64,000 nucleotides of DNA from an uncultured Methanosarcinales archaeon (GCA_964358315.1 CAYHOF010000005.1:19354-83353); one strand, 5' to 3'. Shown: positions 10,201-18,459, counted from the stretch's first letter. Program-made: numbers and translations. Notes: a model not told the origin generated them from the sequence alone.

Positions 10201-10443
10201 TCTTCTTGTGCGGAAGTAGAACCAAAGGTCTTGCGCCCTTTCGGTGAGGTTGCCGAATATGAGCAGCAGCCCGACGATGAGCGGAATGCTTGCGATGCCG
10301 ACGCGCCACCAGATATCGACGCGCAACCGGAAGATGAGGATGATGATGAAGGCGGTGATGCTCGCATAGACGACTTGGAGTGTGGTTAGCCCGAAGACGA
10401 TACGTTCCTTGTATTGGAGTTCTTGGGGTATCTCGTAGGTCAT
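7231..10443 (-). CDS. VirB3/VirB4 (TraC/TrbE)-like conjugative transfer ATPase with C-terminal nuclease-like domain and basic tail
   Basis: N-terminal TM helices are followed by Walker A ATSGSGKSYTSKLL and Walker B with the VirB4-typical DEAW (KLLVIDEAWSLL). The C-terminus has PDIAF...FEIETG...K (PD-(D/E)XK-like) and a Lys/Arg-rich tail. Its start has an ATGA overlap with the upstream gene. Confidence 0.75.
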   Translation of the reverse strand: MTYEIPQELQYKERIVFGLTTLQVVYASITAFIIILIFRLRVDIWWRVGIASIPLIVGLLLIFGNLTERAQDLWFYFRTRRFSKYTKAMKEWLGHISVEKDHLTVRLGKQQRRIAILSIEPVNYKIKPTQEKEAIIKSFRRFLNSLDFPIQLFISTDPLDLTSYLQQLSQRTAQGHEHLFQSHKASILDIMRKRQTHNRQFYLIVPEQDGALDAQVAVVQNTLASMHLKPQRLTKTAITSVLQRQFNIKKQDGLTPTYVINKPTYADIDGHLHRVIAAHGYPRTVEDGWLDKLITAEGNFDISLHIEPYPIDQTLLMLNREIQKQRADLYAAQIKGQFLPSLDIQYNDTKNVLDGIQRGENRLFQVSLYLDIKATTPEQLDTQTRRATSYLNSMLIIPKIPTLRMAAGLQSMLPHANNALAQRRFITTQALGAFFPFTSPFLVLEDNGVFLGLNRNGLPIIKDIFALNNANGSILATSGSGKSYTSKLLISRYLMSGTKVIVIDPQGEYVKLAKEYKGSVIDISRDSETIINPLDLLGHSFVEKRLALLDLFNIMFGQLTEGQRAILDRAVSKTYALRAINEDTKTPTDPPTLGDLYHQLEVLKRQSTMYERSSYATLQNRLSMYVDGVFSFLNRPTKIKLDNNFVVFNIGNMPKQVKPVIMFLLLDYIYMRMKQDRQRKLLVIDEAWSLLQHAQDQSYIFEIVKTCRKFNLGLLMITQDVADLLQSNAGRATLANSSYTILLRQKASIINSVQEVFHLSHEEREHLMASCPGEGLLMMDNDHHEIRIIASPKEHELITTNPDELLQLEGDTAPNTTLAVKKVLIQLDLAKGFYRKSVLSPEEIDYLRRNGFIQSKHVPIRSNNYAVFLVRKEGRATTEHTYLTHAVYEEILRHTPHAWLNSTVRNNDVNPDIAFKNDKGQKCAFEIETGANFKHRPDYLATKVEHLNTHYPNRWWFVIAYNHWRKRYQNKFGNNVLLRHDLPQFCKTRLGKPSPSLYELTSNCQTKNIDENDKAVRQIKKETGSSNKAQKATANPAVQTKTGGKKHGRRTRTKNTKKMPRVRRQPTPKR

Positions 10444-11315
10444 CGTGGCCTCATTCCGGGATGGCTTGTCTCGACGGCCATCGCTGCGGCGAAGTGGCCT
10501 TTGATCATCATGAATGCCTGTGCGATGTCGCTGCGAAGGATGCTGAAGACGCTGCGGACGACAAGAAGGAGTACGAGGAGGATGAACCAGAGGTTGATGG
10601 TAGTGAATGCCAGGATGCTGAGGAGTACTTTCATCATGGCAAATGGTCCGGTGCTGGCGAGCAGGCTGGCTCCTAAGAGGATGAGACTAGCAAAGAATGG
10701 AAGAAAGATGACGAAGACTATGTTGGAGAGGATGAACTTGCCAACGTCGCGCAATGGTGGGATGAACCACAGGAAGATTCCTAGCGGAAAGAAGATCACG
10801 CCGATGCTTGACACCATGTACGTCAGTCCGAGCATGATGACGGTCAATGTCAGTGTCATCATGTAGAGCCAGCCAAAGACGATTTCCAACCCGATGTTGG
10901 GAAGGTTGTCGATGGTGAGCAGAAAGAATTGCGGATTGATGAGACTAATCACGCCTGTCGTGAGGCGGGAAGCAAGGTCTGTGATGAGTTGGTAGAAAAA
11001 GTAGCTGCCTTGGACGAGGGCGATCATGAGGATGGCGTTCTGTAGCCATTCTTTGGCGCGTTCTCGGCGTTCAGGGCTGTGGCCGCTGATGATGAAGGAA
11101 AAGCCAGCCCAGAGAAGGACGAGGCCGTAGAACAACGAGATGATGTAGATGATGATGGCCCAGATTGGCGCGAGTGGTTCTATTGTGGCAGGTTGCGTCA
11201 GGAGTAGTTTGATGGCGTCGAGTAATGGTTGTAGTGGCAGGTTGATGATCTTCAGGATGGCATCTCGCAATTCCCCTACCATGCATCCTGCAAGGTCGGT
11301 TATGCTGCACGTCAT
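10440..11315 (-). CDS. polytopic membrane protein (VirB6/TrbL-like candidate)
   Basis: Multiple hydrophobic helices. Start chosen at the Met giving an ATGA overlap with the upstream gene stop at 11312. Its stop overlaps the VirB4 start (ATGA at 10440-10443). Confidence 0.45.
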   Translation of the reverse strand: MTCSITDLAGCMVGELRDAILKIINLPLQPLLDAIKLLLTQPATIEPLAPIWAIIIYIISLFYGLVLLWAGFSFIISGHSPERRERAKEWLQNAILMIALVQGSYFFYQLITDLASRLTTGVISLINPQFFLLTIDNLPNIGLEIVFGWLYMMTLTLTVIMLGLTYMVSSIGVIFFPLGIFLWFIPPLRDVGKFILSNIVFVIFLPFFASLILLGASLLASTGPFAMMKVLLSILAFTTINLWFILLVLLLVVRSVFSILRSDIAQAFMMIKGHFAAAMAVETSHPGMRPR

Positions 11316-12592
11316 ACTGCACCGAGGGCGAAGCGTGCTGCGCGCCACAGCACAAGAACAACAGGAGCCGCAGACAATGCAGCCCATACCGAATCCCATG
11401 CGCCGCTCTCGACACTGATAGCCTTCCATGCGTTTCGGCCGCCTGCTTGGACGTGAATCATAGAATGGCCTTGTGCGGCCTTCAGTGTCGCGTCTTGTGC
11501 GACTATCTGAACTGTGTCCGCATAACTGAGTTGGACACTATCCGCACCGTTGACATGGACGTGGACATCCTCTCCTTTCTGATAAAACGTCCTCTCAGTG
11601 GATATGCTCAACGGTTCGAGGTTCGCGTCAATAGCGCAGGACTGCGCGCGTGACGTGAAGTAATCAGACAGCTCGAATGAACATACAGATGGCACAACCA
11701 CGATACCTTGATTGCCGTACCGCATGCCTTCGATACGCGTCCTGTTGACCGCTCTGACTCGCTGCTGAAACGGATAATAGGGGCCGGGACCAAGGAATGG
11801 CTCGAGCTCTGCTGATTGTTGTTCGAACACGGCATCACCCGCACGAAGAGTGTATCGCATCGCTCCGAGAACCACAGGACGAATCTCAACGCCTCCATTT
11901 TGATCCGCGAGCGTTTCGATACGTGCCGTGATTTTTGGTCTGTGCAATCGTGCAGAGAGACTGTCCGAAACGGTAACGACGTCCTTTCGTTGTTCGGTGC
12001 GTGAGTACACGCAGCGCTTGCCATCATCGTCGTACTGCCAGTCATAGTGCTTGACTGCCAATCGTATCGTAATCCTGAGTTCTGCCTGAAAGTCTGCGTC
12101 CGAGTCGACAGTATATGCACTAACTCTATCGTGACCGATGAGTTTACCATTCGCACGGATGTCAAGGGTAGACGTGTACTGCAGTGAGTATCTTGTCCTG
12201 CAGTCACCACGCTCGGTTCCCGATGGGGTCGTGATCTTGTACGAATGCAGTGTCAGGACTTCCCCTTGCGCTGGAATCAAGAGCACATCGCCGTCATAGG
12301 CGCTTGGCGTGACTGCAAGGATGCGGACCCATGCATTCCGCACGATTCCTCGGTTGATACCGCTTGTTCCGGCGGGTGGTCCTTGCGGTGTTATTGCGCC
12401 GTTCCAAGCGCGGGTATCGGCAATCATTGACGCAAGGATGCTTTGCGTCTCATGCTCGGGAAGGCCCGCAATTAACACGGCGCGGCAGCTATCAGGGTCG
12501 AGCGTACGCTCGCAAGGAAATGCTATCGCCGCGGTGGCGACCAGCAACCCCATTACGAGGTAAAGAGTTGCACGACGTAGGGTGCTACCCAT
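11312..12592 (-). CDS. secreted or cell-surface protein with signal peptide and C-terminal hydrophobic anchor
   Basis: N-terminus MGSTLRRATLYLVMGLLVATAAIA is signal-peptide-like. C-terminus has a hydrophobic AAPVVLVLW tail. It is coupled with its neighbours. Confidence 0.45.
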   Translation of the reverse strand: MGSTLRRATLYLVMGLLVATAAIAFPCERTLDPDSCRAVLIAGLPEHETQSILASMIADTRAWNGAITPQGPPAGTSGINRGIVRNAWVRILAVTPSAYDGDVLLIPAQGEVLTLHSYKITTPSGTERGDCRTRYSLQYTSTLDIRANGKLIGHDRVSAYTVDSDADFQAELRITIRLAVKHYDWQYDDDGKRCVYSRTEQRKDVVTVSDSLSARLHRPKITARIETLADQNGGVEIRPVVLGAMRYTLRAGDAVFEQQSAELEPFLGPGPYYPFQQRVRAVNRTRIEGMRYGNQGIVVVPSVCSFELSDYFTSRAQSCAIDANLEPLSISTERTFYQKGEDVHVHVNGADSVQLSYADTVQIVAQDATLKAAQGHSMIHVQAGGRNAWKAISVESGAWDSVWAALSAAPVVLVLWRAARFALGAV

Positions 12593-12894
12593 ATCACCAC
12601 CAGGCCTATCACGACGTAGGCCACCATGTTCTTCGCGTTGTCCCGATCCCCTGCGTTGTTGCCGCTCATCATGTACTTGATGCCAGCAAACAACAATACC
12701 ACGAGCGCGATTGCCGTCGCGATGTACCTGACCATGTTGTAGATCTTCCAGACAGGCTGGAGAACCTGGTCGAACTTCGCGATGTCAGCGGCGGATGGTG
12801 CGGGTGGCGTCTGCGCCAGCACTGGCATCACCATCGTCATCAACATCAATGTCGCCAGAAGCGGCATCAGCACGTTCTTCGTAGTCTGTCTCAT
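12553..12894 (-). CDS. VirB2/TrbC-like pilin candidate
   Basis: A 113 aa protein with signal peptide, AQT cleavage-like site, then two hydrophobic helices, the typical conjugative pilin architecture. ATGA overlap with the upstream gene. Confidence 0.4.
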   Translation of the reverse strand: MRQTTKNVLMPLLATLMLMTMVMPVLAQTPPAPSAADIAKFDQVLQPVWKIYNMVRYIATAIALVVLLFAGIKYMMSGNNAGDRDNAKNMVAYVVIGLVVIWVAPYVVQLFTS

Positions 12895-13103
12895 TGTTTC
12901 CCTCCATCCTCCCTCGTAATCTCGTCCACAAGCTTTCGAATACGTTCATTCTGTTCGACCTCCGTCGTGTTGCCTTGGGCGAGTTCGAAATAGCACTCGC
13001 CGCACAGTCTCGCTTCGCTTTTGCGGAGCCGACGGGAGCATCGATCGCAAAACCGTCGCCTCCGTGCATTTTTCGCGTACTTCCATTTCTTGGCTCGCGC
13101 CAC
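12891..13103 (-). CDS. small basic zinc-ribbon protein (possible DNA-binding regulator of the transfer operon)
   Basis: CDRCSRRL...CGECYFE. Very Arg/Lys-rich. It is the first gene of the coupled operon. Confidence 0.35.
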   Translation of the reverse strand: MARAKKWKYAKNARRRRFCDRCSRRLRKSEARLCGECYFELAQGNTTEVEQNERIRKLVDEITREDGGKQ

Positions 13104-13268
13104 TTGATCCCCTCCATGTGTTGAGAGCTCACGCTAACCTGAATCATTTTCTCAGTTTACGCATGAGCGTTACCGACGTAGTTCAACGACACACGTCGCT
13201 GACAATCATACTGTGGTAAGAATTCTATAAGAAGTTTGTAGCATAACTGTGGCGACAATGATGAGAAT

Positions 13269-14597
13269 CTACTTACGTTTCCTACTTCTCTGTTTCTTCT
13301 TCTTTCGCAGGGTGGTTACTTTCCCAGTAAACACACTCAGAATCATCTTTATTTTAGAAAGGAGTTCATCATACGCGATGATATCAACATTAGAATTGCT
13401 GTTCCTAAAAAGTTCGAATGACTGTTTCTGCTCTTTGTTTAAGTCAGATATTCTACCCGCGATGAGAAGACATTTCGGGTTAAAACCTACAAGATCCTTA
13501 TTACCTTTGATAATTGATTCAAAATGTGTTTGGAACGTGTGTTTCTGGTGAAGAACTTGACTGATTGCTCCGGACAACTGTTTATGTATCGAAAAGCATC
13601 CATTTCGGTATTCTTTTGCATTCATGAGTGACGTTCTTTGCGTTTTGATTTCTATAAGCGCAAGGTTGCCCGTGAGTCCGCACTTGTAAAGGAAGTCAAC
13701 GATACTGCCTCCTCTGTTATCAATGGTTGTTCCTCCGACAAATGCTCTATCTTTTACGAATACTGCGGCATACGCAAAAAGTTGTGAAAGTATCCAGCTA
13801 TTCTCTTTGAAGAAGTCCTGCCATTCTTCTTCCTTGATATTTTTCCGACCTAGTTTGCTCTCGAATTCTTCCAGGATTGTTTCAATCAACTTAGTGTTGA
13901 TCTGGTTTCTGGACCTAAGGACGGCAGAGTTTTCCCCAGCGCCTTTAACAGTGATGCTGCCCGCAATACTGAATATTTCCTGCTGGTCCTCTTTAGAAAG
14001 TCTCGCAGCAACGCTCTCATACTCGGTCAAAATGTCCTTGATCAAACCCGATGGATACGGTTCCCACGAATCCGAAAATTCGGAAGGCAAGATCTTAGAA
14101 AGATCCCGCTTCAGCTTGCAGCGGACTCTCGTAGAGTTCTGGTTCTGGCATTTGTATGTCTTCTTTTGAACCTTTTGTAAGTCTTCGATATTCAATGTGA
14201 GAATTCCCTTGCTGATTGAAGTCTTGCTTCGTGTTAGGACTAAAGCAGATATGCCCACGCCCTCGAGCTCAGTGATGAAAGGTCTGAATTTTTGTGTTGC
14301 GCCAAACTTATACTGACTTTTACTGAACCCGTCAGGGAATGTTCCTCCAAGACCATCTAGGGCGATAGAATGAATTTTCTTGTATTTTTGTTGAAATTTT
14401 CCTGTCCGTCTATTGAAATAGTAGGGGTAAAAAATCTGAGTATCCTTGCTTTTCAAGATCTTCTTTGCGAGAATCTTCTGTTTTGTCGCATGATGGATTG
14501 CATAGTAGTTGATGGCTTCAGCTCCGTCTTCGCTAACGAGATCAATTTCCCTTGCATTCGGGGTCTGTATCGGACTTACTGCCTGGTCAGAGCTCAT
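13269..14597 (-). CDS. Shedu-like DUF4263 protein (PD-(D/E)XK nuclease family) with C-terminal basic tail
   Basis: C-terminal region has EEEWQDFFKENSWILSQLF followed by IVDFLY...LALIEIKTQ (D...EIK nuclease core), matching the DUF4263/Shedu hallmark. The gene is strongly AT-rich relative to its flanks. Confidence 0.5.
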   Translation of the reverse strand: MSSDQAVSPIQTPNAREIDLVSEDGAEAINYYAIHHATKQKILAKKILKSKDTQIFYPYYFNRRTGKFQQKYKKIHSIALDGLGGTFPDGFSKSQYKFGATQKFRPFITELEGVGISALVLTRSKTSISKGILTLNIEDLQKVQKKTYKCQNQNSTRVRCKLKRDLSKILPSEFSDSWEPYPSGLIKDILTEYESVAARLSKEDQQEIFSIAGSITVKGAGENSAVLRSRNQINTKLIETILEEFESKLGRKNIKEEEWQDFFKENSWILSQLFAYAAVFVKDRAFVGGTTIDNRGGSIVDFLYKCGLTGNLALIEIKTQRTSLMNAKEYRNGCFSIHKQLSGAISQVLHQKHTFQTHFESIIKGNKDLVGFNPKCLLIAGRISDLNKEQKQSFELFRNSNSNVDIIAYDELLSKIKMILSVFTGKVTTLRKKKKQRSRKRK

Positions 14598-14628
14598 TCT
14601 GACGCGTCAGAATGACATCCGTATTAAT

Positions 14629-15846
14629 TCATTGCGCTTCCATTAAGTCAGGAACCGGCACACCTGCTAGCAGTTTCCGAAGCAGTAATTGTACTTGTGC
14701 ATTACCTAGGAGACTTTTCACCATATCGTCTGATAAATCTGGCATCTTTCTGTCAACAAGTTGTATTGTGTCGACTGATGGCTGCTCATTCATCTTCAAT
14801 ATCGCCCCATCTAGGTCCTTTCCGGTCATGTGTATGTATGTGCTTGGCATGTCGCTTCCTTGGGTCCAGCCGAAGTAGTGGTTCATTTGGAACTCGGTGA
14901 GGTGGTTGGCGAGGATGCTTGCTCTGCTGTGTCGGAAGATATGCGGGTTACAGCGTTTGCGTATTCCTGCTGCTTTGAATGCGTCGCGGATGACTTTTGC
15001 GAGTGCTGCATATTTGGATGGTTCTCGGGGGTGTACTGCGCCGACGTTAATCCAGACTGCTGCGTCAGGGTTGTCTTTAAAGGGGTGGCAGTCGAGCCAG
15101 TTGGCGAGGTGTTTGACGCTTTGGACTATTCTGACACGTCTGGAGCCTGTCTTTCCAGTGACGTTTAGGATACCACCATGCCTGTCAAAGGAGACACTTT
15201 TGAGCGTGAGATTACCTATCTCGCCCACGCGGCAGCCGCTTTCGGCAAGAACTGCGAGAAATGCCTTTGATCGCGGGTGGTCCGCCTTGTTGATTGCACG
15301 ATTGACTTCTTCTTCTGTGATGAGATCTTTAGGGGAAAGCAGCTGTACGTCCTTCTGCTTCAGGGTGGTCTTGATGAACTTGACCTCTGGAGGGTAGTCT
15401 TCATTGTTGCCTCGGAGCCACTTGTAGAACTTCTTGAGGATTGTCTTATAGGTTACTTTTGTCCAAGATGTCCACGTGTGGGTTTCGATCTGGCTCACGA
15501 GGTCTTTGAGGTCGTCATGCTGCGCCTTCTCAAGGTCAACCCGTAGCATGCCTGCGAGGGTGCGCATGCTTTCGATAAGCTTGATGATACGTGGTTTACT
15601 AAGGCCTTGCACGAAGCAATCGTCGTGGAAGCGTCGTATGACTGTCTTGTTTGCCACGCTCAACTTGCTCTTTTCTAGGTAGGCAAGTTCGCGTTTAAGG
15701 CGCGAAGGGTAGTCGTGTATATCTAGGGCGGTCTTGCGCGATTCTTGTCCGATAGAAGTGATGTCTGTTCCCATGTGTTCCTCCATAGGACTGGCGCGCA
15801 TATAAGCCTCGTAGCACTTGTGTGCCCACGAAGGTAGGCGTATCAA
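14629..15846 (-). CDS. int: tyrosine recombinase/integrase
   Basis: RVGEIGNLTL (Arg I), HIFRHSRASILANH (H-x-x-R box) and a C-terminal Tyr region (STYIHMTG) are present. It is located directly next to the tRNA 3' end. Confidence 0.85.
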   Translation of the reverse strand: MIRLPSWAHKCYEAYMRASPMEEHMGTDITSIGQESRKTALDIHDYPSRLKRELAYLEKSKLSVANKTVIRRFHDDCFVQGLSKPRIIKLIESMRTLAGMLRVDLEKAQHDDLKDLVSQIETHTWTSWTKVTYKTILKKFYKWLRGNNEDYPPEVKFIKTTLKQKDVQLLSPKDLITEEEVNRAINKADHPRSKAFLAVLAESGCRVGEIGNLTLKSVSFDRHGGILNVTGKTGSRRVRIVQSVKHLANWLDCHPFKDNPDAAVWINVGAVHPREPSKYAALAKVIRDAFKAAGIRKRCNPHIFRHSRASILANHLTEFQMNHYFGWTQGSDMPSTYIHMTGKDLDGAILKMNEQPSVDTIQLVDRKMPDLSDDMVKSLLGNAQVQLLLRKLLAGVPVPDLMEAQ

Positions 15847-15925
15847 AAACGCCAGAACGCCGCCGGCAGACGTACTGTTTCAGGTTCACATCCTACACCT
15901 GTAGGATCCGAACCCAAATTCATAC

Positions 15926-16021
15926 GCCACCGGCAGGATTTGAACCTGCAATTCCTTGCGGAACTGGTTTGCTTGATGTTTTGTTCAAGACCAGCGCACT
16001 ACCAGGTTATGCGACAGTGGC
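15926..16021 (-). tRNA. tRNA-Ser(UGA) candidate, class II (14-nt variable arm), with a ~14-nt intron in the anticodon loop
   Basis: Hand-folded. Acceptor GCCACTG/CGGTGGC with discriminator G. T-arm GCAGG-TTCAAAT-CCTGC. Variable arm TTCC-GCAA-GGAA. Anticodon stem CTGGT/ACCAG encloses CTTGAA plus extra nucleotides that can form a BHB-like helix. Confidence 0.65.
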
Positions 16022-16087
16022 ATTATGGTATCTTTGTCTGGATTTTCAATTTAAAGGCTTCGGTTCAGGGCATGCTCGTGCCTGTTG

Positions 16088-17749
16088 TTAGAGCAAGAAC
16101 GTCATCAGCAGGATGCCGATGATGGCCGCGAGCGTGCCGTAGATGAGGCACGGGAGCGCGGTGGCGCGGATCACGTCCGATTCTCTGTGTTTGAGCCCGA
16201 CGACGGCGCTCGCTGCGACGATGTTGTGCACGGCGACCATGTTGCCTACTGCGCCGCCCACGCTTTGCAGTGCGAGGATGATGCTTGGCGCGAGGCCCAG
16301 CGCGAGCGCTGTCTTGAGCTGGAACGGTCCGAAGAGAAGGTTGGAGACGGTGTTGCTGCCTGCGATGAACGCGCCGAGGATGCCGATGAAAGGGGATGCG
16401 GCGCTGAACGCGTCGCCAAGCAGTGTCGCTGCCCCCGCGAGCGCGTCAGGCATGCCTGGAAGTCCGAGGGGATTTGTGGAGGTCGCCAAGAATACGTTGA
16501 CCATGCCGACCGCGCCTGTGAGGGCGATGAGCGGGTGGAGGAGGCGTGCGAGCGTCTTTTTCCCTTCGATGACTGCGTGGTGTGGGGGGAGTTTGTACAC
16601 GATCGTGGCTATGATGCCGCACGCGAGGAAGATGAACGCCGGGGAATACAGTGGCAAGAACGTGAAGCTCTCGGTGCCGAGGGGGAACGTGATGGCGACG
16701 GTTTGGAGCCAGGCTTGGAGGGGCAGTTGCGGCAGGCGTGTGATGACGAGCAGGACTGCCACGAGCATGTAGGGTAGCATTGCAAGTGTAGGTGACATGC
16801 GGCCGTCGTGCACGTCAGGCACGTGGTGGCCCGTCCATGATTTGTCCCATTGCGCGCGGGGCGGGAAGCGCCACACGTTGCGCGGCACGAGGAATCCTGC
16901 GCGGGCGGCGATGATGACGATGATCATGCCGACGAGGCCGCCGATGATGCTGGCCAGTTCAGGGCCCAGCACGAACGCGCTGACGGCCATCGGGACCGTG
17001 AACGCCGCGCCGGAAAAGAGCGCGAACGGTGCGGCTTCCAGCCCGTCCTTCCACGACTTGCGCTGCCCGAACATGCGCGTCATGACCATGACGATCATGA
17101 GCGGCACGATGATGCCGACGATGCCGTGCAGCACGGACGCGTAGCGTGTGACTCCCGTGACGTATTCGTGGGCGTACGACCCGATGCCGACAGTGATGGG
17201 CACGCCTGCCGCGCCGAACGTGACGGGTGCGCTGTTCGCCAGCACTGCGACGATGACTGCTGCGAGCGCTGGGAAGCCGAGGCTCACGAGCAGTGGTGCG
17301 GCGAGCGCCTGCGGCGTGCCAAAGCCTGCTGCTCCTTCGATGAAGGCGCCGAAGAGCCACGCGATGATGATGGCCTGGATGCGGCGGTCCTGCGACACGG
17401 CGCCGAGCATGCGGTCGATCGTGGCCACTGCGCCGCCGATCTCGAGGATGCGCAACAGCAGGATCGCGGCGAAGATCACGTACAGGATGTTGACCGTTAT
17501 GAGGAATCCTTTGGCGACCGCGACGCCCACTGCAACGAGGGTGATGTGCCACTGCGTGAGTGCGAGCAGTGCCGTGACGAGGAGCGTCATGGGCATGGCC
17601 TTGTCTGCAGGCCAACGATAGCCGACGATCAGCCCGAACACGATCAGGATGGGCAGTGCGGCAAGGAATGCGAGCAGGATGTGCGTCACCTCTTTCTGTG
17701 CTGTCACAAGTCCGACTCGTATATAAAGAAGGCGGCCGCCGTGGGACAC
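16088..17749 (-). CDS. lctP: L-lactate permease (LctP family)
   Basis: Conserved LctP segment WLFGAFIEGAAGFGTPQALAAPLLVSLGFPALAAV...ANSAPVTFGAAGVPI. Polytopic membrane protein. The precise start is uncertain. Confidence 0.7.
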   Translation of the reverse strand: MSHGGRLLYIRVGLVTAQKEVTHILLAFLAALPILIVFGLIVGYRWPADKAMPMTLLVTALLALTQWHITLVAVGVAVAKGFLITVNILYVIFAAILLLRILEIGGAVATIDRMLGAVSQDRRIQAIIIAWLFGAFIEGAAGFGTPQALAAPLLVSLGFPALAAVIVAVLANSAPVTFGAAGVPITVGIGSYAHEYVTGVTRYASVLHGIVGIIVPLMIVMVMTRMFGQRKSWKDGLEAAPFALFSGAAFTVPMAVSAFVLGPELASIIGGLVGMIIVIIAARAGFLVPRNVWRFPPRAQWDKSWTGHHVPDVHDGRMSPTLAMLPYMLVAVLLVITRLPQLPLQAWLQTVAITFPLGTESFTFLPLYSPAFIFLACGIIATIVYKLPPHHAVIEGKKTLARLLHPLIALTGAVGMVNVFLATSTNPLGLPGMPDALAGAATLLGDAFSAASPFIGILGAFIAGSNTVSNLLFGPFQLKTALALGLAPSIILALQSVGGAVGNMVAVHNIVAASAVVGLKHRESDVIRATALPCLIYGTLAAIIGILLMTFLL

Positions 17750-17799
17750 GACGTATTGTGCGTAATCGTTATATACCGACGTGTGCGGCGGTCGACATC

Positions 17800-18105
17800 A
17801 TGGCATCACCTTATGACGTCGGCTACGTGTTTCTTGCCTGGAACGGGAAGCTGACGGAAGACCAGCGTACGTACATAGTGACGCAAGCTATTGACATGTA
17901 CTGCAGGAAGGAGATGAAGCGCAAGCTCGCGGACGACACGCTTGAGGGTGTGCTGCGCACGGACCGCAGCAGGCAGTGCTTTGTTTCATTCGTCGGTCAG
18001 CAGTTCGACGCCGAACTCGAGACTGACGCAGGCAAGGTCAAGGCCGCCTTCCTCGTGCTGGATCCGTCCAAGAAGGAGATCGCCGACCTCGTCGCGCGGA
18101 ACTAG
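17800..18105 (+). CDS. hypothetical protein
   Basis: ORF has a TATA-like ttatatac about 25 nt upstream of the chosen ATG. No motifs. Confidence 0.4.
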   Translation: MASPYDVGYVFLAWNGKLTEDQRTYIVTQAIDMYCRKEMKRKLADDTLEGVLRTDRSRQCFVSFVGQQFDAELETDAGKVKAAFLVLDPSKKEIADLVARN

Positions 18106-18128
18106 ACGCGAGCGTTTTTATACCGATA

Positions 18129-18386
18129 GTGTTTTGTCGTGGGAAGAAAGAGGTGTGGCATATGCATAACTGCAATTATGATAAGGTGGCGCTCATGCAC
18201 CAGTTGAAGCAGATCTGGTCCAGGCTGGATATGTATAGCAAGGACGCGAAGGGCGAGGACCATCCGCTCTGCGACAAGATGTACCAGGAACTCAAGAAGG
18301 ATCTGGAAAAACACATCAAGAAGCTCGAGATGGCGGTCACCGGCCTTGCGAAGGAAGGCAAGTTCGCCTTCTGCGAAAAGTGCTGA
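18129..18386 (+). CDS. small hypothetical protein
   Basis: ORF only. Lys/Glu-rich with terminal CEKC. Confidence 0.35.
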   Translation: MFCRGKKEVWHMHNCNYDKVALMHQLKQIWSRLDMYSKDAKGEDHPLCDKMYQELKKDLEKHIKKLEMAVTGLAKEGKFAFCEKC

Positions 18387-18451
18387 ACCGCAAGCCTTAA
18401 AGGTCTTGCGGTGGGCTTCCGTCGTGAACCGTGGACGTATGGACCGGAAGG

Positions 18452-18459
18452 TTTATATA
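18452..18459 (+). promoter_or_regulatory. TATA box (within extended motif GTTTATATAGTGTGCG) upstream of tfb
   Basis: tttatata preceded by the purine-rich ggaagg (BRE-like). The same 15-nt extended motif recurs at 36697-36711 (reverse strand) and 62645-62660. Confidence 0.45.

Larger units (their letters stand above)
1..15925. mobile_element. putative integrated conjugative/defence element inserted at tRNA-Ser; left boundary lies outside the window
   Basis: A tyrosine integrase gene lies immediately next to the 3' end of the tRNA. Upstream of it are VirB4-like ATPase, pilin-like, membrane and secreted protein genes, a Shedu-like gene and a Dcm-linked restriction-like operon. Base composition is mosaic and AT-richer than the core genes to the right. 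Confidence 0.55.

Noticed and set aside
7537-10389. Multiple 80-190 aa plus-strand ORFs inside the VirB4-like gene (including Pro/Arg-rich 8033..8383 on the minus strand)
   Set aside because: They are nested within a 1070-aa ORF with clear Walker A/B and DEAW motifs. Compositions are low-complexity.
16085-17854. Long plus-strand ORFs (16085..16777, 16143..16772, 16850..17854, 16797..17144, 17148..17621) opposite the lactate permease gene
   Set aside because: Arg/Asp/Glu- or Ser/Thr/Ala-rich low-complexity translations typical of antisense frames in GC-rich DNA. The minus-strand LctP protein has clear family motifs and TM helices.
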